NCBI GenBank assembly: GCA_965198665.1
Contig: CBDAPT010000008.1
Location: forward strand, 378,809-442,808
Direction of reading: 5' to 3'
DNA: 64,000 bases
From: Rhizobiaceae bacterium
GTDB lineage: Bacteria > Pseudomonadota > Alphaproteobacteria > Rhizobiales > Rhizobiaceae
Both the position numbers and the translations under genes were made by a program. Below are positions 29,068 through 39,133 of the stretch, piece by piece (position 1 is the first letter of the stretch; every line of letters starts with the position of its first letter). The notes beneath the pieces are model-generated. The model did no database searches and was not told the origin of the DNA. It saw only the letters and a list, made by a program, of their open reading frames with translations.

Positions 29068-31809
29068 TTATTGAATCCCGTTACCGTCTTTCAGTGCCGC
29101 CAGTACCTTGTCCGGGGTGGCTGGCAAATCCGTAATCAAAACCCCTGTCGCATCCCGTATCGCATTGATAATGGCTGGCGCTGTCGGAATGAGCACATGC
29201 TCCCCCAACCCCTTGGCTCCGTATGGGCCCTCCGCATCTTCCACCTCGATGATCAGGTTGTGGAATTCGGGAACATCACCAAAAGTCGGGATCAGATAGT
29301 CGTGCAGGTTCTCGGTTTTGCCGGGTGCATAATTTTCCATCAACGCCATGCCAATGCCCTGTGCAACACCGCCTTCGATTTGGCCTTCCACCAACAGGGG
29401 GTTTATTGCTTTACCCACGTCATGGGCTGTAACGATGCGGTCAAGTTTCACCGTACCAAGTCCCGTATCAACCGTGAGTTCCATCATTTGTGCGCCATAT
29501 CCATACATGGCGTAGGGAATGCCCTGCCCTTTTTCATCCAGGGGCTTGGTTGGCGGATCATAGGTTTCTTCCGACATGAAGACATAACCAAGTTCATTTT
29601 CCGGCAATCTGGTCAGATCAATCGATGTGGTTGTTTTGCCCTCGCCCGCTGTTATCATTCCGGCTTCAAAAATCAGTTCGGCGTCATGACTGACATTTGC
29701 TTTTCGCAAAATCTGTCTGCGCAATGCTTCACCTGAAAGCTTCGCGGCCTTGCCGGTAATATAGGTCTGACGGGACGCCGAGGTTTTGCCGCAGTCGGGG
29801 GTGAGATCAGTATCACCATCAATTATCTCTATGCAGTGAACCGGCACACCCAGGCCGTCAGCGGCTATTTGAGCAATGACTGTGTTGGCTCCCTGCCCTA
29901 TGTCCATTGCACCCTGATGCAACACTACGGTGCCATCCTGTCTGATCCCCATACGTACGGTGGACGGGTTCGGCAGCGAGGTGTTGCCGCAACCGTACCA
30001 GCAACTGCCAAGCCCTACACCCTTCCTCATCCCTGATCCGTTTGCTCGCCGGTTATGGCTGGCGGCTTCCTCGCGCGCTTCGTCCCAAAACGGTTTGAGG
30101 GCGTTCAGGCACTCTTCTATGCCTACGCCTTTTTCAAAGACCTGCCCCGTTACCGTCGGCAGTCCGTTCTTCAGGACGTTTCTCAAGCGAAAATCGAGAC
30201 GATCGATGTCTGCCCTGTCAGCGAGCAGGTCAAACGCTACCTCCTGAGCGATTGCCGATTGCGGCACGCCAAATCCGCGAAATGCGCCTGATGGCGGTGT
30301 GTTGGTATGAACCGCAACACTTCTGGCCCGGTAATTCTCGACAAAGTATGGACCCGACGCGTGAACCGGCACGCGGTTTGCGACCGTTGGGCCCCAGCTG
30401 GCATACGCTCCGGTGTTGAACACCCCTTCAAAGTCGAAGCCGGTAATTTTTCCGTCTTCAGTACAGCCAATTTTCAAGGCTATCTCTGAAGGGTGCCGCT
30501 TGGTTGTCGACTGCATGGATTCTGATCGATCATAGGTGATAAACGCCGGTTTCCCGAGTTTCCATGCGGCGAGCGCGACATAGGGCTGAAACGACAGATC
30601 CAGTTTTGATCCGAACCCGCCGCCACATGCAGATGGCATTACCCGGATATCATCGAGTTGCAGGCCCATGATCTCGGCAAGGCATTCGCGATCCATCTGT
30701 GCAGCCTGCGTGCATCCAAACAACTCGAGCCGGTCCCCGTTGCGGATGCAGTGCCCGGCTTCAAGTTCGATGTACCCATGTTCGACAAACGGCGTGGAGG
30801 TTCTGACTTCCACCTGGTGACTGGATGACGCCAGGCCGTCGCCAACGCAACCCTTTTCGACAAAACCCTCAACGAGAATATTTTCTCTGCGATCATGATG
30901 CAGATCGATCAGGTTTCCACCCATTGCATCTCTGGGAAGCAGGGCATGATCGGTTGGCTGCCAATCAATCGGCAGGCTTTCCACTTTCAAAGCTTTCACG
31001 GTTTCATACGCGCCAACCACTGCCGCTACAGCTTCTCCCCGGTAGATAGCGACTTCCTCCGCAAATACCGGTTGATCCGCAAACGGAGGAATAACGCCAA
31101 AGCAGTTTTTGCCCGGGATATCTGTTGCATCAAGAAACGCTTCAACACCACGCGTTTCTGAAACGAACCTGTCCTTGTCACCAATCGTGAATTTGGCATG
31201 GTGATGCGGACTGCGGACTACCCGGACATAAAGCGCATCTTTCGGGACAATGTCAGCGCCATACATCAAGGTGCCGTCGACTTTTGGCCTGCCATCCAGA
31301 TGTCGCACCGATGTCCCGACCCCACATCCTGCCTGCGGAGTTACCTCGGCAGCAACGAAATTGTTTGCATGCATCACCGCTTCGACAATTTTGCGATAGC
31401 CTGTGCATCGGCACAAAACACCACCCAGGGCATCCTCCACCTCGTGTTTTGAAGGCTCCGGGTTGTGATCGAGCAATGCCTTTGCGGACATTAACATACC
31501 CGGCGTGCATATTCCGCACTGGGCTGCCCCGTAATGCAGAAAGCTCTGTTGCAGTTTTGTCAGGGTACCGTCATCGGAAAGGCTTTCCAGTGTCTCCATT
31601 CTGGATCCGTCGATCTGTCCGGTACTGGTGGGGCAACTGCAGGCGATATCGCCGTCAATGAGAACGCTGCAGGAACCGCAATCACCGGCATTGCAGCCAA
31701 CCTTGGTTGCAGTGAGGTTCATGTCATCACGAAGAAAATCCGACAGCCGTTTTACCGGGTCAATCGTGGCATGATGTTCATCGCCATTCAGGTGAAAATT
31801 GATTTTCAT
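29068..31809 (-). CDS. Molybdopterin hydroxylase (xanthine/nicotinate dehydrogenase family) with an N-terminal fused [2Fe-2S] subunit
   Basis: 913 aa. The N-terminus has GCNAGDCGSCSV and GAAQCGICTPG...CRCTGY (two 2Fe-2S sites), followed by aldehyde-oxidase/xanthine-dehydrogenase MoCo domains (GGGFG, ...GLGE...). Confidence 0.85.
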   Translation of the reverse strand: MKINFHLNGDEHHATIDPVKRLSDFLRDDMNLTATKVGCNAGDCGSCSVLIDGDIACSCPTSTGQIDGSRMETLESLSDDGTLTKLQQSFLHYGAAQCGICTPGMLMSAKALLDHNPEPSKHEVEDALGGVLCRCTGYRKIVEAVMHANNFVAAEVTPQAGCGVGTSVRHLDGRPKVDGTLMYGADIVPKDALYVRVVRSPHHHAKFTIGDKDRFVSETRGVEAFLDATDIPGKNCFGVIPPFADQPVFAEEVAIYRGEAVAAVVGAYETVKALKVESLPIDWQPTDHALLPRDAMGGNLIDLHHDRRENILVEGFVEKGCVGDGLASSSHQVEVRTSTPFVEHGYIELEAGHCIRNGDRLELFGCTQAAQMDRECLAEIMGLQLDDIRVMPSACGGGFGSKLDLSFQPYVALAAWKLGKPAFITYDRSESMQSTTKRHPSEIALKIGCTEDGKITGFDFEGVFNTGAYASWGPTVANRVPVHASGPYFVENYRARSVAVHTNTPPSGAFRGFGVPQSAIAQEVAFDLLADRADIDRLDFRLRNVLKNGLPTVTGQVFEKGVGIEECLNALKPFWDEAREEAASHNRRANGSGMRKGVGLGSCWYGCGNTSLPNPSTVRMGIRQDGTVVLHQGAMDIGQGANTVIAQIAADGLGVPVHCIEIIDGDTDLTPDCGKTSASRQTYITGKAAKLSGEALRRQILRKANVSHDAELIFEAGMITAGEGKTTTSIDLTRLPENELGYVFMSEETYDPPTKPLDEKGQGIPYAMYGYGAQMMELTVDTGLGTVKLDRIVTAHDVGKAINPLLVEGQIEGGVAQGIGMALMENYAPGKTENLHDYLIPTFGDVPEFHNLIIEVEDAEGPYGAKGLGEHVLIPTAPAIINAIRDATGVLITDLPATPDKVLAALKDGNGIQ

Positions 31810-31811
31810 TG

Positions 31812-32654
31812 CTATGGGTTCCCCGCCAATGAGCCCAGCACCCGGATTGCAAGCTCCTTGCTCGCCAGCGTTCGGTAGGCCCCGGTGGAACGTATGTCAT
31901 CAATGGGTGACAGCGAGGCAAAATGTTCATCGGCCACATCCGTCACGAGATCACGCGACAGCGCTTTGCCGACCAGCATAGCCTCCAGAGCCGGCAATCG
32001 TGTTGCGACGGCGGAGCACGAACCGACACTGATTTTTGCATCCTCGATGATGCCGTTTTCTCCGACAGCCAGACGGGCAGCCAACATTGAAATCGAAATC
32101 ACCAGATATTTTCGTGCGCCGAGTTTCAGAAACGCAGACCTGCCCAGGGATTGTTCAGCGGGAATCATAAGGCCGACAACCATTTCATTCGGCTTCAGAT
32201 TTGTCTGGCGATTGCCCAGGATAAACTCTTCAAGCGGGAGTTCACGTTCTCCATCGACAGAGGCAATCTTGACGATTGCGCCGAGTGTGAGCAGAGGCGG
32301 AACGCCATCAGCGGCCGGAGATGCATTGCAGATGTTACCGACAACGGTCGCCCGATTTTGGATCTGTACTGAACCGACTTCTTTTGCCGACAGCTTCAGG
32401 CCTTCAAAAGCTGGCGGAAAATCATGTGCGATTACTTCTGACCAGGTGACAAGCGCCCCAATATGCCAGTTGCCCTGGGTGTCCTTCTCGATATTGCGCA
32501 GGGAAGATATTCCGGAAATATCCAGCACATTGAAATCGACTTCTTTCTCCCCGAGAGATGGATAAAAATCCGTGCCACCAGCAAGAATTTTCCAATCTTG
32601 CGAGTTCAACAAGGTAACCGCGCGGTGCAATTTTTCGGGTTTGCTAAACTGCAT
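31812..32654 (-). CDS. FAD-binding subunit of the Mo-hydroxylase (CoxM/XdhB-like)
   Basis: MQFSKPEKLHRAVTLL...ILAGGTDFYP... is FAD_binding_5-type. GAGGTGG RBS lies 6 nt before ATG 32654. 2-nt gap to the next gene. Confidence 0.8.
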   Translation of the reverse strand: MQFSKPEKLHRAVTLLNSQDWKILAGGTDFYPSLGEKEVDFNVLDISGISSLRNIEKDTQGNWHIGALVTWSEVIAHDFPPAFEGLKLSAKEVGSVQIQNRATVVGNICNASPAADGVPPLLTLGAIVKIASVDGERELPLEEFILGNRQTNLKPNEMVVGLMIPAEQSLGRSAFLKLGARKYLVISISMLAARLAVGENGIIEDAKISVGSCSAVATRLPALEAMLVGKALSRDLVTDVADEHFASLSPIDDIRSTGAYRTLASKELAIRVLGSLAGNP

Positions 32655-32834
32655 TGCACGCCACCTCAAGCCACGCGGAACTGAAATGCCATATCGAAAT
32701 TTTCAAGCTCCTCAACCATCTAATCTGGAACCTGTTCCTTAACCTCCTGTCACCAGCAGGTTATTGTTAGCATACAAATAAAAATTTTGTTTGTAAACAT
32801 CGTTAGGGGAGCTCATTTCAAGACGCATGGAGCA

Positions 32835-33476
32835 TCACACCTGGGCCTGTTGCCTGCCGGCCTGTACGGCGGATACCCACCTGCCGGGGGACACTCCAAA
32901 AGCGCGGGCAAAGTGACGGGTCATGTGGCTCTGGTCGGCAAACCCGGTAGCAGCGGCGGTTTCACTTAGCGGGGTACCGGATGACATCATTTCACGGGCA
33001 ATTTCCAGGCGCCGCATGATCAGAAAACGGTGCGGGCTTGTTCCGAACGCATCCCGAAACCTGCGGGACAGGGAATATCGGTCGAGCCCGGAAACTTTCT
33101 CCAGGTCGTCGAGTGTTACATTCTGCCGACAATTGTCCACCAGAAAATCCCGTGCCCTCAGGAGTTGTCGCTTCGGCAATGCTCTGCGTCGCCGGGCCGT
33201 CTGCCTGGCGTGCCTCTCCAGCGCAGCCGTGATTTCAGCAATGCTGCCTGCCGCCTGAACCGCTTCGAGACCCGGTTCGAATGGCTGTGTTGCAGCGAGC
33301 AACGCAGCGTGTAGTGTCGCATTCGCAGAATTCACACCGAAGGAAGCAGCGATTGTCGGGCTCGCCCTGCATGCGGACACCAAGGTTGTCGACAAAATTA
33401 CCAAGGGTGCAAAACTGCATCCATGAAGATGACACATCAGGCTGCATATTCTGATTAGAAAAGGGCGTGAAACCAC
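32835..33476 (-). CDS. AraC-family transcriptional regulator (C-terminal HTH domain clear; N-terminal domain possibly frameshifted)
   Basis: The C-terminus ...LDDLEKVSGLDRYSLSRRFRDAFGTSPHRFLIMRRLEIAREMM...ETAAATGFADQSHMTRHFARAFGVSPGRW is a canonical AraC dual HTH. A second ORF (33235-33684) in another frame overlaps its 5' part. Confidence 0.6.
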   Translation of the reverse strand: MVSRPFLIRICSLMCHLHGCSFAPLVILSTTLVSACRASPTIAASFGVNSANATLHAALLAATQPFEPGLEAVQAAGSIAEITAALERHARQTARRRRALPKRQLLRARDFLVDNCRQNVTLDDLEKVSGLDRYSLSRRFRDAFGTSPHRFLIMRRLEIAREMMSSGTPLSETAAATGFADQSHMTRHFARAFGVSPGRWVSAVQAGRQQAQV

Positions 33477-33952
33477 CTGCCTGTTCTTTCTTGTTCATTG
33501 CGGCAGCCTGCTTTCTCTGCTTGCAAATAAAGCGTTTGGCGGGGAGATTTATCGGCATGAGTTTTGCCGGAAGAGGTACCACATCATGCAAAATGAACTG
33601 ACACCGGATCAGGTCGCGACCCGCAGGGAATAAGGGTACATCGTCCTGGAAAAGCAAGTGGCGTGTGTTATGCGGCACGTCCACGATTGAGCAGCGTGTG
33701 GTGCCCTGCCCGATGCGTGTCGCAAATCCGGATGGGGCAACGCAGGGGTCAATTTACGAAGTGCAGAAATCCATGGGCAGCCGTTCGTTTAATGTGCTGG
33801 ACTGATTGGATTGGCAGGAACAGGCAGATCACCTACCAGGTGCAATTGACTATCTTTGAGAATGGTTATGATTTTTGACCCCCGGCGGTCGGCAAAATGA
33901 CTGCTGGTCAGGAGTTCGAAAACCTCTTCGTCACAAAGAACAATTCAGCGTT

Positions 33953-35391
33953 TTATAACCCGCACATAGGTGGGCGCCGGTGCTGCCAGGGCAATGCTAT
34001 CTCCAACTGCCGGGCGAGTTGCAGAAGGGTGAGGTCGTCCCCGACCCGGCCGGCAAAATGGATGCCGATCGGCAGTCTGTTTTCGCTCTCATATAGTGGG
34101 ACAGACATGGCGGGCTGGCTGGTAACGTTGAAAATTTCCGGATAAGGGGCAAATTTCCATGCTTCGTCCATCCAGGTTTCAATGCTGCGATTAGCCGCTT
34201 GTGTAAAGACACCGGTTTCAGGCGGGGGACCGGTTACCACCGGCGACATAATGACATCAATACCGTTCATCGAAACGGTCATTTGTCTTTGCAGCCGTGT
34301 CAGTTGCGCCTGTGCGCGGGCGACTTCAACGGAATTTGTTGCCCGCGCCTGTTCCATGGCTCATTGTATGACCGGACCCAATTCTCCATCTCGGGGTGGC
34401 CGGCCCAAGGTTTCGGCATGTTCTTCTACCAGCACCGTCAATTCATTGGCCCAGAATACCGAGGCAGCATCACACGCGTCACAATTCGGCGGCCATTCCC
34501 AGGGGATAACAGTATGTCCCAGTTCTTGCAGCAGCCGGGCGGTAGCTTCAAGACAAGAGGCCATGTCTGCGTCCGGCTTGATGCCGGTGGGCGAATGGGG
34601 GACCATTGCAATTGAGAGACCGGCAGGCGCTTCATCAAGCCGGTCAAGAAACCCGGCTCTGTTTTCTTGATAGGCGCGCGGTGAGCCGGTTTCCGGACCG
34701 GTGGTAGCGTCAAGCAATGCGGCGGAATCCCTGACCGTCCAACTGACAGCATGATCGCAATTAAGGCCATTGACGAGCGGCCCCAGATGAGACCCGGTGG
34801 CGACCAGCCCGCTGGTTGGCTTGAACCCGAACACTCCGCAGCAGGCTGCGGGAACCCTAATTGAACCGCCAGAATCCGTCGCATGTGCCAGGGGCACAAT
34901 ACCTGCGGCCACCGCACAAGCGGCACCACCACTGGATCCGCCGGGCGTGAGGCTCAAGTCCCAGGGATTGTTGGCCGGGCCATATAATTCAGGTTCGCAG
35001 CCATAATCGGTTGCAAATTCCGGGGTATTGGTACGACCAAATACAACCAGCCCCGCTTCATGCCACCGTTGCGCCAGCAGACTGCTCTCCGCCGACGCCG
35101 GTGCGTCGTCAAAAAACGGCAGGCGTGTTTTAGCGGCATGCCCTTTACCTGGACATTGATATCCTTCGCGGGAAAAGGAACACCTGCCAAAGGCATTTCA
35201 GGTGACTCCGATGCGGCTGCTTTGTAAGCCAGTTCATCATAGCGACTTACGATTGCATTGAGTTGGGGATTGTGGATGTCTATCTCACGAAAGACAGCAT
35301 CCAAAAGTTCAGACGGTTTGATCTTTTTGTGGCGAACCAGTTTCGCCATAGCCACCGCGTCGAGTTTTCGAAATTCGCTTCTGCTCAGCAT
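33953..35391 (-). pseudogene. Amidase-signature (GatA-like) amidase, inactivated by a homopolymer frameshift and an in-frame TGA
   Basis: Three consecutive ORF pieces. The AS motif [32 protein letters not shown] is present. Reading T6 (A6 at 35111-35116 on +) as T7 restores ...RFFDDAPASAESSLLAQRWHEAGLVVFGRTNTPEF.... TGA at 34361-34363 is in frame between ...GPVIQ and AMEQARA.... Confidence 0.75.
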
Positions 35392-35404
35392 GTCGGCCCG
35401 CAAT

Positions 35405-35836
35405 TCACCCGTTTTCGATTTTCTGTATTCGCCTGGTATGTCTTCCGCCATCAAACGGCGTTTCGATCCATTTCATGACAAGCGCTTCGAGAATGTCTTC
35501 ATCAATCATCCGTTCGCCAAGCGACAGCACATTGGCGTCGTTGTGGCGGCGTGCCATTTCTGCGGACAGCACATTCCAGCAAACTGCACAGCGGATACCC
35601 GCAACCTTGTTGGCCGCAATCGCCTCACCATTGCCGGAACCGCCCAGAACAATTCCGCGATCATATTCCCCGGCTGCAACCGCCCGGGCAACGGGAAAAA
35701 TGAAATCCGGATAGTCACAGGACTCTTCACTGAACGTTCCGAAGTCCTTTACCGTATAGCCGCGGGTGACAAGGAAATCGCGGATACGCTCCTTGTACCT
35801 GTAGCCTGCATGGTCCGTTCCGATAGCGATTTTCAT
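35405..35836 (-). CDS. rpiB: Ribose-5-phosphate isomerase B (RpiB/LacAB family)
   Basis: MKIAIGTDHAGY...DYPD...GIVLGGSGNGEAIAANK..GIRCA...ARRHNDANVLSLG. Confidence 0.85.
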   Translation of the reverse strand: MKIAIGTDHAGYRYKERIRDFLVTRGYTVKDFGTFSEESCDYPDFIFPVARAVAAGEYDRGIVLGGSGNGEAIAANKVAGIRCAVCWNVLSAEMARRHNDANVLSLGERMIDEDILEALVMKWIETPFDGGRHTRRIQKIENG

Positions 35837-36683
35837 GGCCCTGCCCCGTCTGTTTTTTGCAGCCTAACGGATTTCAGGGTTTGCACAAATCCATGTTGAG
35901 GACTTCACCACAGATAGTTTTGGGTTGGCTTACAAGACGTCATGGTTGTCTGCTAGCGCAACGCTCTCAGCCAATTGGCAAATGCCCTGGTAGCACCGGT
36001 TACAGGAGTTGAGGCTTCCAGGGTAAAATAGCCAAGCAGCACTTCGTCACTACCGGGCAATGGACAAAGGCGATTTGCTTCCAGATCATCGCGGATCATG
36101 AATTGAGAGGAAAGCACCATTCCCAGTCCGGCAATTGCTGCTCGCAGTGCTGCATCATCAAGATCGAAATGTCCCCCATACGTCAGCCTAACGTCTGTCT
36201 TCCCGGTTGCCTTCAACCACATCTGCCAATCCCAGTTGCTGCTGGTGCACTGCAAGGCGGGAATGTCGCCGAGCCCTGTGCCGTTGCGCTTGCGTTCCAG
36301 CAAGGCCGGCGAAAGATAAGGGCGGCAACGGTCCTCCAGGAGAACCTCTCTGCCCTCAAGCGGAGTTCCCGCGGGCAGATACAACAGTGAAAGGTCGCTA
36401 CCGGCAGTTTGTGCCGGATCGATATCGTTCGCTGTTTCAATCCGTACCGAAATGTCCGGAAAGCGTTTGCGAAAACCATCAAGGCGGGGAATGAGCCATC
36501 GGATTGCCAAACTGGTCGAAACCAGCACAGACAGATCACGCCCGTCGCGCATGGTCATTTCTATCGCCCGCCCAAGTGCGTTCAGGCCTGTGACGGCCTG
36601 ACGAAAGAAGCTCTCTCCCGTGTCGGTGAGCCGGATAGCGTTGTTGCTGCGATCGAAAAGTTTCACACCCATCGCTGTTTCAT

Positions 36684-38036
36684 ATGTGGACGCCCCGGAT
36701 TGGCAAGACATTTTTTGATGTTTTGATCGGTTGCTTTCATATGTCCGGCCTGTTGATGCGATATTTGATAGATCGCTGGCCCTGATGGAAATCCGCAAAC
36801 GAGGTTCCTGATCAAGATGACGCGCTCATGGGGCGCATTGAATCACACGGTGTAACCTCGTTTTTGGCTGATCATGTCACATCACTTTCTGCCATTACCA
36901 ATTTCTGTGCCTTGCCTTCAAGCGGCGCTGATTCGCAAGGGGTTATAGCGCTGTCCTCTGGTCATAAGAACCCAGGCGATGCGAGCGGTCTTGTTGGCCA
37001 ATGCGACAGAGACCAGTCTCACAGGTTTCTTTTCCAGCAGACCATTGATCCAGACCGCGGTCGGGCTCTTCTTGTTTCGATTGTGGCGAATAACAGCTGT
37101 CGCACCAATGACAAGCAGGCGGCGAATATACCGGTCTCCCTGCTTTGATATGCCAGCGAGCCTTACTTTGTCACCGCTTGAATGCTGTTTGGGGACCAGG
37201 CCAAGCCATGCGGCGAACTGCCGTCCGCTTTTGAATTGTCCCGGATCGCTGACGGTTGCCATCAGTGCAGTGGCTGTGATCACACCAATACCCGGAATGG
37301 CTGCCAGGCGCCTGCTGGCTTCATTTTGCCGGTGCCAGTCACGCAGGACCTTCTCAAGAGCCTGCAATTCTTCCTCCAGTTCGAGCAAGCGACGGGCAAG
37401 CGTTGCCAGCGCGACTTGTGCAATAGCCGGCAGGACATGCTTCTCGTCGTTTTCGTTGAAGATGGAATGAGCCAGCTTGACGATGTTCCTGACGCCGGGG
37501 GTGGTGACAAGACCGAACTCTGCACAATGAGCACGCAGTGCATTGGCTGCCATGGTGCGTTGCCGCACAATCAGGGAACGGGTTCGGTGTATCATCAGGA
37601 TACTTTGCTGCTCAGGTGTTTTGACAGGCACGAAACGCATGGTGGGCCGCCTGACAGCCTCGCAAATCGCTTCAGCATCGGCAGCGTCATTCTTGCCCCG
37701 CTTTACGTAGGCCTTGACGTAGGCAGGAGGCATCAGTCTGACCTCATGACCAAAGGCTGCCAGGGTGCGAGCCCAATAATGGGCAGTGGCACAAGCCTCC
37801 ATGCCGACAAGGCAAGCTGGCAGTTTCGAGAAAAAGCCTTTCAACTGTTTTCGCCGCAACCTTTTGATCACGATAACACTGCCATCATCGTCAACACCGT
37901 GAACCTGGAAGACACTTTTGGCAAGATCAAGCCCGATCGTGGTAACTTTCATAAGGACGCTCCTTCGTTATTTGTGGTTCATTCATCAACAACCACCTTA
38001 CGACAATTCATTTGCCGGTATGAGGGGGCGTCCACC
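36684..38036 (-). mobile_element. IS110-family element of the IS1111 type (1353 bp)
   Basis: Subterminal IR GTGGACGCCCC (36686-36696) / GGGGCGTCCAC (38025-38035). TCAT on both flanks (36680-36683 and 38037-38040). 234-nt non-coding arm downstream of the transposase and 84 nt upstream. Confidence 0.8.
36918..37952 (-). CDS. IS110-family (IS1111-group) DEDD transposase/recombinase
   Basis: MKVTTIGLDLAKSVFQVHGVD...VGMEACATAHYWAR...GKNDAADAEAI...IPGIGVITATAL.... Confidence 0.9.
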   Translation of the reverse strand: MKVTTIGLDLAKSVFQVHGVDDDGSVIVIKRLRRKQLKGFFSKLPACLVGMEACATAHYWARTLAAFGHEVRLMPPAYVKAYVKRGKNDAADAEAICEAVRRPTMRFVPVKTPEQQSILMIHRTRSLIVRQRTMAANALRAHCAEFGLVTTPGVRNIVKLAHSIFNENDEKHVLPAIAQVALATLARRLLELEEELQALEKVLRDWHRQNEASRRLAAIPGIGVITATALMATVSDPGQFKSGRQFAAWLGLVPKQHSSGDKVRLAGISKQGDRYIRRLLVIGATAVIRHNRNKKSPTAVWINGLLEKKPVRLVSVALANKTARIAWVLMTRGQRYNPLRISAA

Positions 38037-38263
38037 TCATCAAGATTGAACACCTGACGGCTCACGGCACCTGCCGTAACACCAAGACGATGAGCCGCGT
38101 TCTTGAAACTGCGACACTCGGCTGCAACAACAAAAACACGCACTGCGTTGAGGGAAATCTGTTCTAGATCCTGCATCATATTTCTTCACTCAAAGAGAGA
38201 TTTTCTCGTTTGTTTTTCTAAGGCTACTTTAATTTAACTGATTATATCAACCAGGCTGGTGAG

Positions 38264-39133
38264 ATGAGGCCGATGCAGGAAAACGTGACAGCGATATTGT
38301 GGGTGCTGTTGAGCACCTTCTTGTGGACTTTGATCTTTGCCGCAGCGAAATTCTTCGATGGCGGCATCGGTGTCTTCCAACTCTCCCTGTTTCGCTATTT
38401 GGGCGGCATGGCCACGCTGCTGATCCTGGTTCCCGGCAATGGCGGCCTGCGGTCACTTCGCAGCAATCAACCCTGGGTTCATCTTGTGCGCGCGGTTTGC
38501 GGGTGCGGGGCGGTAGTGGCCATTACCTGGGCCTCGGCCAATATGCCGCTCGTCGACGCTACCGCAATCGGTTTGACCTACGGCATCCTTGCGCTCCTTC
38601 TTGGTGCATTTGTGCTAAAGGAAACCATCAGCAGGCGACATTGGAACGCAGTGCTTGTTTCGCTTGCCGGCGTAGCGCTTGTCATGACCAGCAAGGGGGC
38701 ATTTAATTCTGAACTGAACCTCCTGCCGGCACTGGCGGCTCTTCTGGGCGCGGCATTGTTTGCCCTGGAAGGTTTGTTGATCAGCTTGCTGGGACGTTCA
38801 GAACACGCTCTGACCGTTATGCTATATGTCACGTTTTTCGGGTTTTGCCTGATGCTTCCGCCGGCTGTTCTGGAATGGCGTTGTGTCGGAGCAACGACCA
38901 TTACGTGGGCGCTGCTGTTGGGCCCGCTCGCTATTTTCGGTCAATATTGCACGATACGCGGATACCGCGCAGCACCCATGTCGGTAGTGGCCCCGGTGGA
39001 TTATTCTTGGCTTTTATTCTCCGCCATACTTGGCATGCTGTTCTTCAACGAGATCCCGGGCCCCGGCACCTGGATTGGTTGTGCAATCATAATTCTGGGC
39101 GGGTTTTTGCTGGCGCAGGCCGGAAAAGACTGA
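38264..39133 (+). CDS. DMT-superfamily (EamA) transporter
   Basis: 289 aa with about 10 TM segments and a duplicated EamA-like architecture. Confidence 0.75.
   Translation: MRPMQENVTAILWVLLSTFLWTLIFAAAKFFDGGIGVFQLSLFRYLGGMATLLILVPGNGGLRSLRSNQPWVHLVRAVCGCGAVVAITWASANMPLVDATAIGLTYGILALLLGAFVLKETISRRHWNAVLVSLAGVALVMTSKGAFNSELNLLPALAALLGAALFALEGLLISLLGRSEHALTVMLYVTFFGFCLMLPPAVLEWRCVGATTITWALLLGPLAIFGQYCTIRGYRAAPMSVVAPVDYSWLLFSAILGMLFFNEIPGPGTWIGCAIIILGGFLLAQAGKD

Larger units (their letters stand above)
35953..38179 (-). pseudogene. LysR-family (GcvA-like) regulator split by an IS1111-like element
   Basis: The HTH part (38179-38037) is ...ISLNAVRVFVVAAECRSFKNAAHRLGVTAGAVSRQVFNLDE. The effector-domain part (36683-35953) is ...TAMGVKLFDRSNNAIRLTDTGE.... 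The two join in frame when the IS plus one TCAT is removed. Confidence 0.8.
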
